20,000 bases of DNA from Psammoneis japonica (Eukaryota): NCBI GenBank assembly GCA_008632985.1, contig QPGO01000155.1, positions 175,444 to 195,443 of the forward strand, in the 5' to 3' direction. This document shows, in pieces, positions 1 through 11,146 of the stretch. The stretch's first letter is position 1; every line of letters begins with the position of its first letter. The notes under the pieces are model-generated. The model worked only from the letters and a program-made list of their open reading frames with translations, did not search any database and was not told the DNA's origin. Position numbers and translations under genes: made by a program.

Positions 1-1
1 G

Positions 2-337
2 ACGGATCACCGTGCTTCTGAAAGCGACGATCCTATCCACCAGACGGCGTCAGCAGCGGTGGTACCTTCCACACAGATCCCTTCCAACGACGGTGATGTG
101 AGTCTTCCAGACCAGCACGTTGGTGTAGGGGGGTTGTTGGTCGAGACGGAACAGGCGGAAGAAGAAAACGTTCAAGCACCTGCATCCCTCATTACGGATG
201 GTAGTGCTTCTATCATTCCAAGGCGGTCTGCTCGGCTTAGAGCAGCTTTGGGAAGCGTGTACATCCTCTCTACTGACGGGAGAACTCTTCGAAGGTCCGC
301 TAGAATCTTGAACCGGCGAAATGGCGTCTTGCGGTAG
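2..337 (+). CDS. 3' end of a hypothetical protein (open from the window edge) with an acidic low-complexity stretch and twin RRSAR(L/I) motifs
   Basis: Frame +2 is open from base 2 to TAG at 335-337: ...ETEQAEEENVQ...PRRSARLRAALGSVYILSTDGRTLRRSARILNRRNGVLR*. TpA and CpG content is normal and the Tyr codon is intact. No start is visible. Confidence 0.6.
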   Translation, partial: TDHRASESDDPIHQTASAAVVPSTQIPSNDGDVSLPDQHVGVGGLLVETEQAEEENVQAPASLITDGSASIIPRRSARLRAALGSVYILSTDGRTLRRSARILNRRNGVLR

Positions 338-349
338 TTTGAATGCATG

Positions 350-520
350 CGGGAAAGAATGGGGAAAGGGGAGGGCGGGAATCCGATATAGAAAGAGAGA
401 AACGAGCGGGAGTTAGAGACGGGGAATGGAGTATTTAGAAAAGAGAATACGTCGATTTGTAGAGCGGAAGAAAAAGAATCAGAAAAATGGCGAGGCAGGA
501 AGAAGATTGGGTTCAGGAAG
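350..520 (+). other. Purine (G/A)-rich low-complexity tract downstream of the stop codon
   Basis: gggaaagaatggggaaaggggagggcggga...gaaagagagaaacgag...agcggaagaaaaagaatcagaaaaatgg; strong purine strand bias. Confidence 0.5.
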
Positions 521-807
521 ACCTGTAGGTAGTAACACTCACTCTTGCTATTGTTTGCTTTACCGGTTCCGAATGGATGATTTGAATCTGGCGGCGGGTT
601 TTCTGACCATATGCTGGATCCGTGTGTATGAATAATCATGGTGCAGTTGCTTTCGTGAAAGTGGCGATCGGTAAGTTACGGGTGAGCAGCGATATTCTTT
701 TGACTACAGAATCTTCGTGGCGCCTGCAGTTCGGCACATATCACGCACAGCACGTACCTCTACATTCAACATTGCGGATTCGGCATTGTGGGGATTGAAA
801 ACCCAAT

Positions 808-1280
808 TCCTGATTCAATGATTCCTTGTTAGGACTGAAAAAGCACCATTGGCTGTGGACAGTGTGGCGCTTGCACCGTGGACGGATTCAGCCTTGATTT
901 TGCATGGCGTACTTGACATTTTTTTGATAACTCTACTAGTCGGAACATTTTCTGTTGGGCGTTTCACAACGTAGTATGAATTTTGTTAGGAACACTTGGC
1001 GGGCTTACGGAGAGCATTGAAGAAGATGCACGTTCAAATACATGATGAAAGCTCGTACCTTTACCTAACTCATTCTGCAGGCTTTGTTTATTCAGCGTGT
1101 AGTCTACCAAGCTTTGACTCTGTCCAATGCTAGCGGTTCTCGCCTCTTGCAATTCTTGTTGTTCGATCTTATTGACACTGCTGCTACGGAGTAATTCACG
1201 AAAAAAGTCACAAAAATCTTGTCAATTTCCACTCACAACTCTTCAGAGAGAGGTCACCAATCGTCTTAACCGCAGAGATT
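808..1280 (+). repeat. Copy 1 of a diverged direct (tandem) duplication, offset about 680 nt
   Basis: Blocks cctgattcaatgattcctt / aagcaccattg / ggattcagcctt / tagtcggaac / gtagtatga / aggaacact / aggctttgtttattcagc / gtagtctaccaagc / gttctcgcctct / gcaattcttg / caatcgtc / gcagagatt recur in the same order at 1487-1950. Confidence 0.85.
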
Positions 1281-1486
1281 AAATCTACTTCGACTGACGG
1301 CTATATTTGTGATGTATGGGAGCTGCGATCTGGAATTTCTGCCCCGCGTTAGCTCCACAATCGCTGCCCTGTCGATGGATATTCACCCATTTTCAATACC
1401 TAGACAAAGGCACGGTCCGTTTTGAGCCCTGTAGAAGCATCCTACATGGGTGGTGGCGAATGTCAGTTTGGTCCTACTTGTGGATG

Positions 1487-1950
1487 CCTGATTCGATGAT
1501 TCCTTTTCGAGATTGAAAATAAAGCACTATTGACCATGGACAGTCAGTGTGGCGATTGCACCATGGGCGGATTCAGCCTTTTTTTATGAAGTACTTGGCC
1601 ATCTTTTTTAAATAACGCTATTAGTCGGAACGTTGCTGTTTGGGGTTGCACAAAGTAGTATGATTGTGTAAGGAACACTAGGTAGGCATACGTAGAATGC
1701 ATGGTGAAAGCACATACCTTCAATACACTCGTTCCGTAGGCTTTGTTTATTCAGCATGTACGAGTAGTCTACCAAGCACCAAGCCCAATATAAGTAGTTC
1801 TCGCCTCTCGCAATTCTTGCTGTCAGTCTTGTTGGTCACTGCTTCTACGATTTTTTAGAGCGGGACCAGCAATCGTCGAGATACTACGTACAGGCATCTC
1901 ATAGGTTTCCTGCTCCACCAGAAATTACACCAAAATTGACCAGCAGAGAT
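1487..1950 (+). repeat. Copy 2 of the diverged direct duplication
   Basis: Colinear with 808-1280, with indels and many transition differences. Confidence 0.85.
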
Positions 1951-3377
1951 TCGTGACGCAAGGTGGTTGATGGGCTTGGATCTCAAGCTCCTACAAGAGA
2001 TGTCAAACTGATGCTCGTCATGACTCATGGAGGATGCAACGGTAAAACTTCATGACAGTGCCATCGCGTGGGATCCAACATGGCCTCGTGAACTGGACGT
2101 CAACGTAGGACGGTGCATTTCTCTGAACGACATTCTTGAGTGAAGCGAGCCGGTGAGTTTAGCATCGTTGCACCCAGTTCGCTGCTCGTAATCCCTGCGG
2201 GAGAACTCAAGGGTGGCACATTCTGGATCTTCTGCTTCGACCTGGAGGCCTGAAGGACATATTTTTTTCTTGACGCTAAAAGATCATCTCGACTCGTGCA
2301 ACCGGCAGAGAGCCTTTGCGGGATCGACAAAATACACGAAAGAACTGCACTGGCGAGCGACAGAAAACAGCTTTTCGGCAACCTCAAACCGATGCTCTTC
2401 TTTTGATTTTTGATCAAGTTCTGCAGTTGTACTTCTGTTTCTAAAACCAACATGGACTTAATATTCTAAGACCAAACATGGCTGCTATCCTTCACGACTT
2501 GTTGACTCATCGGTACGCACGCCATTGTGCACTCCGCATTTTTTTTGGGCAGGATGTCGTCAGTCCGTCGCTTCTCCGTCAATTTGAACAATCGCTGTGG
2601 TGCGTGGTGCACAGGCTTGTGCGTGGTGCACGACGCGTGCTGTGGTTACGGAGAACGGTCGCGCATTGTCTGTCGGTGGTTGTAGGAACAGTTGCAGTTG
2701 ACTAGATTGTAAAGAACAACATGGCCAATCAAACCAGGTTGCTTTCTCTAGGGCTGAGTGCTTTTCTGGGGGCTGAAAAGCTCTGCAGCCAATCACCCGA
2801 CTTTTCGAAAAACTCACTCCAAAGAACCCCTCATCTTGTTGGGATGCCAACAATCTGGCGGGTCTGTGACCGCCTGCTGCAATCCGGGCATTTCCTGACT
2901 GTAATCCCAGACAAGTGTCTCTCATTGAGTCAGGTTCTTTTTCATTTCAGTTCAGAACCAATTTGGTTTACAGGCTCCTTGTTTCTAAATTGCACCCTGG
3001 AGCCTGCTTTGAACAGCGGCCATGTTCTTGTGCCTCTGCAACCCCGCGTTTGGCCTTTCTTGACAGTCACTGTGTTTGGTCGCTCCTTCATTTCATCTCA
3101 TGCTGCATGTGATGCAACATCAGCACCTGAAATGTCCTTCTAAATTGCATCCATTTGCAGCCCAACAAACAGCATGGTGAGCTTCTCATTGTCACAATGA
3201 AGCAATTGCAGTCAAAGCAAAACCATGAGACTTGGCAGCCTGCGCACCTTTGCTTCCTGTTGCAACATTCCTGAGGTCTGAAAGCTTGGGGAAGAATCTC
3301 TGCAGCTGTTGGTTTCTCTCTCAAATCATCTGCCAAGGGAAGGCCAAAGGATGCCATTGTGAACAAGTGTCTGGATG

Positions 3378-3655
3378 ACTTGCCTGGCATCAAACAAATG
3401 CGATGGACCTTTGCCTGGCATCAAATGAACACAAGGGACCTTTGCTTGGCATCAAACAGCTGCTGAATGCAGCGGACCTTTGCTTGGTGTCAAACAAATG
3501 CAACCTGCCTGTGCTCAGCATTGAAGAATGAATGTGATGTGCCTTTGCTCAGGATTGAATGAACATGGTGCACCTTTGCTGGGGATCAAATGAGTGCCTC
3601 ACTTTGCTCAGCATCAAATGAATGTGACAGATCTTTGCTCAGAGTCAAATGAGTT
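3378..3655. repeat. Degenerate 31-nt minisatellite, about 9 units
   Basis: Unit resembles ctttgc(c/t)(tg/ca)gcatcaaa(ca/tg)aatg..... The tgc(c/t) anchors fall at 3381, 3412, 3443, 3481, 3512, 3546, 3577, 3605 and 3636 (spacings 31,31,38,31,34,31,28,31). Confidence 0.85.
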
Positions 3656-6600
3656 GAATTTGAATTTCACAATGGAGCATCACAAACGCACTTTGCAGTC
3701 ACTTGGCTCTTCATCTCATCCTTGTTCTTTTCACTTCAAGAACTCTAAAATCAGCACTTTGTCAAACCCAGACTGCATCAGCATGACACATTGTTTTAAG
3801 TTTCTGTTTGCTCTGACTTTTCTGGATCACTGAAACTCAGGCAGGAAGCTTTGGAAGACACTGGACAGAATGGGGCTGGGCTTCCGTTTTCAAAAAACAG
3901 CGAAAGCACTTGCATGCTCTTTTGTCTGCTGTGGCTTTGACTGTTTCAATTTGCCTGTCACCAATCAATTGTTCAACACAACAATTGCCGGCAAGTGCCA
4001 GCGCCCCGTGGACTTTTGACAACAGAATCAAGCAACTTCAATCTTTGAGCTCACAGCTCTGCCCTCTCCAGCAGGGAGCACTGCAGCTTGAGAAACCTGC
4101 TGCATCAGCTGCACACACCAACAAAAGCAAAGCAGGAGTGGCCCTGCACTCTCTGAAGCAGTTGCTGAACAATCTCGCCACTGGGTCCCCACAGGAGCTG
4201 TTTCTGTCATCCAAAGAACCATTCATTGTGCACGACTTCATGTTCTCAAGTGGAGTTTCAAGATTTTGCAAAGTTTGCTGTCACATCCAGCACAAAATGT
4301 CAACCAAAATGTGTGCAAACTGTCTCTTTCCTCATGCATTGCCAGCTCTCAAACTCGTTGGTGTGATGGAGCATTTTGACATGGTTGCCCCATTTCGCCC
4401 ACTGGAAGAACCAACATTTCACACTCCTTTGTTGCTTGTTTGTCTCAAAGATGTGCTCCACTTTTGCAAAAAAATGATCATCATCAAGTCCTTCCCTGAT
4501 GAGGGCTTTGATTGCTCCCTTGCTGAACTTCATGTTGGTCCTGCATTTGACACAACACAGAGCTTGTTCACAAAAAGCAGTTTTGTGGCTTTGATTGTGA
4601 GCACTTGTCAGTCATCAGTGCCACATCATCTCAATGGGCAACAGCAGGCACTGCAGGGTGCTTTGCCACCTCCGGGCACAAGCGCACCCTTGTCATCTTG
4701 GTGCCTCAGTGATGAAGGATGAAATTTCATCTCAGGCTGAAAGCTCAACTTGGTGCTGGTCTTCTTGGAGTGTGAGAACTTGTGGCTTTTGTCATCTCTG
4801 CTGCTGGCAGCAACCACAACTTTGGCCTTGGTCTCCAGGCATTTGGCATTCATCAACTGTGTGAGGCCAGTTTCTGCAAGCACTGAACGCAGCACTTGCA
4901 ACTCTTTGGAGTGAATGTTGAACCCACAAGCCAGTGTTCCCAAAAAGGAATCCTGCCAGGCTTTGTGTGCCTCTTGACACACTTGTCTTGGTTGGTGGCA
5001 GTGGCTGTGGTGTGATGAAAGTTGTCAATGTGAACTTCAATCTTGCGGTGCACAACAGGTGCCCAGTGATGCCAAATGACAAACCAAATGATTCCATCCA
5101 AAGAGCAAGATGAAGCTGAAAGGTGAGAGATCAGCAATGGCGAAACTTTTCCCGGTGGTGCATTGAGGGGGTTGCCCATGGTGCATGAAAGATGCAAAGG
5201 CTTCAGACTTTCTTCTTATCAGCTGCTCACAGCAGTTGTGAAACAGCAGAAAATGAAAACTTGCAAGTGTGTGTGGCAAGAGTGAGCACCACATGATGAT
5301 GGGGCATTGGCAGACAGGGCAACAAGCAGTGGCCTCTGCCAGCCAGTGGCTGTGAAGCAGCAGCACAGCACTCACCAAGGAGGGGACACTGCATCAGTTG
5401 TGGGGCTGCCCAGCAGCAGGGCCATCTGTGTGGCACCATCAAAGCAGCAGCAAAAATCACCAGGCATCCCCACATGTTCCACCAACAAGTCCATCTGAGA
5501 GCAGGTGTTTGTCACAACATCTCAGTGACCATGTCAACATCAGACCATTTGAAGGCCAACAGCTGGGTTTTTGATGACTCAGTCAGGTCAAGGAGGACAA
5601 AGCAGTCTGTTGGGACAAATGCATGCTTTCTCTGCTTCCACCTTCTCAGCTTGCTTTTGCAGCCCAAGAGCTCAGGCTCACAGCACAGCAAGAAAATGAG
5701 GCCACTTCAGATGCAAGGAGTTGTTGAGGCAGAGGGGCAATGTCAACAAAAAAGAGCTCTGGGGTGTCATGTTTTGGCGCAGGCTTGCACTGCCACTGCA
5801 CAAGCTGTGCTGCTGCCTTTGAAAGTCAAAACTGTTGAAACAGCAGCAATTTTGGGCAATCTGGGAGCAGCCATGATCACAGTTGGCATCAACGGCTTTT
5901 CAGTTGCTTGGCATGACATCACTTGAAAGTTGCAGTGTGCTCACTGTCATGACAACAAAGGCAAAGCTTTCCTTGGCTGCACATGGTGTGTGCACCTTGC
6001 TTGGGCACAACAAACATTGCTGGCAATTGTCAACCTCACAAGGAGCACACATGCCCTGCATTGAGAGGCACCCCCAGTCCTTTGCAAGGGTGCAGTTTTG
6101 TGGCTTGTGTTCATTTGCTGTGCAGCTGTTGCTCTTGCACTCATGCATCAGTCTTCATCACAGAGCCAACAGGCTTCAGGCTTTCATGCCTGTTGTGGCC
6201 TGATGCTTGCAGCAACAGTTGTTTCCTTTGCTGAAATGGGGTGGTTGGTGCTGCACCACTGCACTTCAATTCAACGGCATCAAAATGAGAGACAAATCAA
6301 CATCTGAGGCCGTTTGCCCAGTTTTTGATCACTTGCACTAAAAGGGTGTCATTTGCTCTCAACTCAAACACCACTTTCTCATCTGCTGAGCTGCTGTTTG
6401 TGTGTTGGTGCAGCTGGGCTGGCTGCATGTGCTGTCAAGCCAATTTTCTGCCTCAATGGCAAGCTCTTCTTTTTCCCATTGCTTGCCAGTCAGACTGGAA
6501 AATTTGAGAACAACAGCCACCTTTGGCACATCTCCATCAACTGGAGGGGGGCAAGACAGGAAGCATCGCCGCTTTTTTCACTGTCCCAAGAACTGGTGAG

Positions 6601-7225
6601 ATGGTTGTGACAGAGAAGAAGTGCCCATTTGATGGCAGGCACATGCTGCTTTGCCTTCAGCACACATCTGCTGGGCTGCATTTTTTTCTGGCAATGTTGG
6701 CACACTTTCAAGGGCAGCAACATCTGCTCTGCCAATGAAGGCCCCCAGCACCTTCTAAAAAGGCAGCTCTCAAACATGCACAATCTTTGCTGCATCAAGC
6801 ATTTTGGGTGGCTTGGTGGAGGCAAACCAGCTGCAAAACAAAAATGGCTCAGAGCATTGCCAACTGCAAAAGAGCCTCAAATGCACAAAACTTTTTGTTG
6901 TCAAGCTTTTTTGTTGAATCCCAACTGCTTTTGTTCTTTTCAGAATGAAGTCCAGTGTGCACATCTCTGCACTTTGTTGCCATGCCAACAACGTCCAATG
7001 TTGGCACCATCACGGCTCACACACTGCCTCTTTGCAAAGGCATCATCACAAGCAGTGGTGCTGCAGAGTGTTTGCATGATGTCCTCTGTCTGGAAGTCTC
7101 TGTGCTGCTGTGCACAAGGAGCCATGTCTGTGGACAATTTGCAAAAGTCGTGCAGATCAGGGCACATGTGCTGTGCTCTCATGGATCTGAAGACAGCTCT
7201 TGGTGGCACCAATGACCCCCCCCCC

Positions 7226-7422
7226 NNNNNNNNNNNNNNNNNNNNNNNNNNNNNNNNNNNNNNNNNNNNNNNNNNNNNNNNNNNNNNNNNNNNNNNNNNN
7301 NNNNNNNNNNNNNNNNNNNNNNNNNNNNNNNNNNNNNNNNNNNNNNNNNNNNNNNNNNNNNNNNNNNNNNNNNNNNNNNNNNNNNNNNNNNNNNNNNNNN
7401 NNNNNNNNNNNNNNNNNNNNNN
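7226..7422. other. Assembly gap (N run) preceded by a C10 homopolymer
   Basis: N characters at 7226-7422; poly-C at 7216-7225. Confidence 0.99.
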
Positions 7423-10400
7423 GTGCCTGACTGTTCTTTGGTCTTTCATGACATGTTTGTTGCAAACATTGCCAGCTCTCATGTCAAGATGGCATTTCAA
7501 GATGGTGCCATTTGGTTGAGGAGCAAGGGCATCTCACCGCCCATGCTGTGAGCATCATGTGGGGAAGGTGTGCAAATCCAGAGCAAGACAGGGAAGCAAA
7601 TCAGCAGAAGAGCCTCTCATTGTGCAGAGCATGGGTGGCCAAAAGAACCAACTGCTGTGTCAGCTCATTTTCTCCACACAAGGGCAACACCATTGTGGCT
7701 GTGATCCTTGTGAAGAGCCCACCCTTGGTTTCCCAAGTTTTGGTTGTGGATTTTTCATTCTTGATTTTGGTGTGAATTTGCTCAAAATTGTGGTTGACAA
7801 TGTTCCGCCATTGCAGAGAATGTGCAGAGGCTTGTTCTTTGCTTTGCCCAAAGAGGTGCTCACATGAGTGATGACTGCTGGACTGGTGTGAATTGCTTTT
7901 TTGGGGCTTCCCAATGTCCAGCAGTGCGCAAGACTCCTCGAGCAGCGCCAGTTCAGAATCACTGCACATCACAAGAAGTGGGATGTGGCGGTGCTGTTGA
8001 AAATTCTCCAGCCAATCTTGTTCTTCAATGCAACTGGGAGAGTCTGCTTGCATGTCTGGGCAGTTGAGGCTTGGAAGCAGTTGGAAATTAATTTGTCAAG
8101 ACAAAGAAAAAGCACTTCCAAGATTGCTGCAATCAGCTCACAAGTGTTTTTGAAATGGCGGAGGGTTTTGTGGCAGGGTTGTCCCAGAAGAAATTTCCAA
8201 GAAAGGAGATGGGTTTAGCACAGATGCCAATGACACCTGGAAGAAAGAGAGGAACAAGTTGTTGGCAGCACTGTCAATGGAAGGTGTCAAGAAACATTGG
8301 CTTGTCTCAAAAGACCTGTGCTGGCAATTTGCACTGGGATTCACAATTGTCCCATTTTGGCCAAGGAGGCACTGCAGGTGTTGGACACAGGCAGGGCCAA
8401 CAAAAAACCTGAGGGCACAAGTCTTGTGCAAAATGAGAAGAAACAGCTCAAATGCAAAAGGTTGGGCATGTGAAAAAGGACTGTCCTTTGCTCAATGACA
8501 ACAGCGATCATTTGTTGGTGGAGACACATGACATCAGCTGTGGAGAGAAACAAGGCAGTCAATGTGGCACTGGATGGCATGGTTTTCAAGTGTTGTCCTC
8601 CTGCAGCCAGTGTGCATGAGGCCAATCCATTGATGGTGGCTTGTGCAAAGGAGTGTGTTGGAACATTGGGGAGCAAGGCAGTTTTCAACAATTGTGGATG
8701 AGGTGAAGTTGCACTCACATGAACTTTTTGTGAGTTGTGGGTCTTGTGCTCACTTTTCAGCTTTTGCACCTGCTGGCCAACATGGCAACAGTGGCAGCGG
8801 CAATGGAAATGCGGTGTTTGCAATCCACATGCGGCAAGTTTGGGGATCAGTGAGACCAAGTGTGTGCCACATTCAGCAAGCTGTGGAATCACAGCACCGC
8901 TGCAAGACCCCCCTCTGAAGTTTTTTTTGGCACAACAGGCTCCTGCAAAAGGTCAAAAGTGCCCACAAGTGGCCAATCAAGGTCCCACACAGAAAGCATG
9001 CAGGTCCAAGGAAAGGAAGCCATTCTGAACATTTTGGCCCAGTGTCACAAGGCCAATCTCAAAGCCACCAACAGCTGTTCATTTTCACTGTTCCATGCTG
9101 AAATTCACATGTGTGGTGCGTCATCCACAAAAAGGCTGCCCCCACACTTGGAAACCAAAAAGGCATTTTCTGTGCTTGTCATGAGAGAAAAAAAACATGA
9201 TGCTGTTGGTGCGCACACACTTCTTGATGCAGACAATGCTGTCTTGCACCTTGATCAATGGTGCGACAACCAACACATGATCAAAGAACAAGCCCCATGG
9301 CAGAAGATGCAGCATCATTGTTTGTTGTGCAATGTGCATTGCATTGGGCACAATTTCAAGTTGTGACATCATGCACCATGGAAATTTGTGGCTTTTTGTG
9401 CAGTGATGAAGCACAGCACAGTGAACTTGACACCTGCCAAGAAAACAGCAAGCATGCAAGAGCTGCATGTGAGCCCAAGACTCGGCCTCAACTTGCCAGG
9501 ATGTGGTGGTGCAAAGTGCTCAAAGTTGCCACAAGGATGTTCAGATTCTCAGCTTGCCAAAGTGAGGTGACTTTGCCAAATCTGACCTGCCAACCACCTG
9601 GAGAGGCCAGGTGCCACCCTGTCCTCTTCTTGAACAACTCTGAGCTAAAGCCTGCCAGCCAACATGCAAAGGAAAAAGTTGAGAAGGCTGGGTGGTTGTC
9701 TGCCAGGGAGTCTGAGCATCTGATGGCTCAATTGCACAGATGCACCTGCTGCTTGGCTGCTTTAAAAAAGAAAGAGCTGTGCAGAAACAAGTGTGAGACA
9801 ATGAGCATGCTTTTGCGAGATTCTTGCTGGCAATGGCACATGTGCCATGCTGGCAGACACACCAGACAACTTGTCAATCTGCAGAAAAATGCAGCAATTG
9901 GCAAAAGTGCGCCACTCACAAGTGTGCTTGTTTTGTTTGGCAATGGGGCCTGGATTTGACTTCATTCTAGAGTTCCCCAATTTTGCAGCAGAGCTGCAGA
10001 AAGTCTCTCCCACACACACACCAGATGACTTGTTCATTGAACAAAGCAAAGCAAGGGATTTTTTTTCTGACAGAGTGGCAAAATCATGCTCAACAGGAGC
10101 AAAAAAAAGATCCACATGTCTCTCTTTCTTTTTCAACACAGACAAAACCAACAAAAAAGAGGGTGCTGCAGTGTGGCAGTCACCAAGCAAACAATTTTGC
10201 AAAAAGTGTTTCCAAAGAAAGTCTGTTGGGCCTTGTTTGAGCTTTTGAGCAAGGGGGGCTCTGGGGGGCACAATGCAGCAAGAGAAGCAGAGCTGGTTGG
10301 AGGCAGCATGATGATGTGTGTTGTGCAAGCAAGTTTGAGTGGTGGACCTTTCCCCAATTTTTGTTGCTTCTTTTCTCATGTTTGATCATTTTAAAGTGCT

Positions 10401-11077
10401 TGAGCAGTGTGAACAATCTTTAAAAGGTGGTCATTTTTCCTGAAAACAAAGTGACAGGAACAAGCTGCTGTGTGGCTGCCACTGGTTTTGCTGCCTCTTG
10501 GAGCCATTTTTTTTGTCTCTTCTGCTGCATTTGGCTGTTTTTAACAAGAAATGTCAGCATTTTTTACAGTGCAACAAGGAGCTCAGATGCAAAAAGTGAC
10601 TTTCTAACTGAAGTCATTTGGACAGAACAATCAGGAGAGCTGAGTTTTGCTTTTTTTGGTGCACACCATTGGCTGTCAGAAAGACCAAGTGGTGGTTCGC
10701 TGACCTGTGTGGGAGTCTTGTGGGTGATCTGCATGCTGGCATTGAAAAAAGTTTGTTGACTGTGAAGCAACTGTGCAATGTGAAAGACAGCAGAAGAGGT
10801 GACAACAAAATGTTGACAAATTTCAATGCTTGGAAAAGAAGTTTTGCCTCAGACAAGTGAAGCAAAATGGCCACAACATCTGGACATTGCCAATGTTTTT
10901 CATCTGGCTTGCAACATTGGACACTTGTTGCACTTGCCCACGGCATTTTGGTTGTCATGCACCACCAAAGCTGAGTGCAAAATCTCTCTTTTTTGTTTGC
11001 ACAAAAAAAATTGATGTCATCCATGACAGCACAATGCAAAAAATGTGCAAGTGCATGAGTCACCAAGACACTCTCCT

Positions 11078-11146
11078 GTTGTTGTTGTTGTTGTTGTTGT
11101 TGTTGATGTTGATGATGTTGATGATGTTGATGATGACGATGATGTT
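11078..11146. repeat. Compound trinucleotide microsatellite (GTT)9 grading into (GAT/GTT)n
   Basis: gttgttgttgttgttgttgttgttgttgatgttgatgatgttgatgatgttgatgatgacgatgatgtt. Confidence 0.95.

Noticed and set aside
172..639. 155-aa minus-strand ORF and 66-69 aa ORFs in the first 1.5 kb
   Set aside because: The minus ORF is the Phe/Ser/Pro-rich antisense of the purine tract and overlaps the better plus-strand frame. The short ORFs have no recognisable motifs.
808..1950. Paired LTRs of a TRIM/LTR element
   Set aside because: No clear TG...CA ends, primer-binding site, polypurine tract or target-site duplication. The pattern fits a decayed tandem duplication better.
3378..3655. CRISPR array or 10-aa coding repeat
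   Set aside because: Units are contiguous with no unique spacers, no cas genes are present, the context is eukaryotic, and the 31-nt period is not a multiple of three.
6629..7519. 296-aa ORF and other ORFs spanning 7226-7422
   Set aside because: Their length is inflated by the N gap, and continuity across the gap is unknown.
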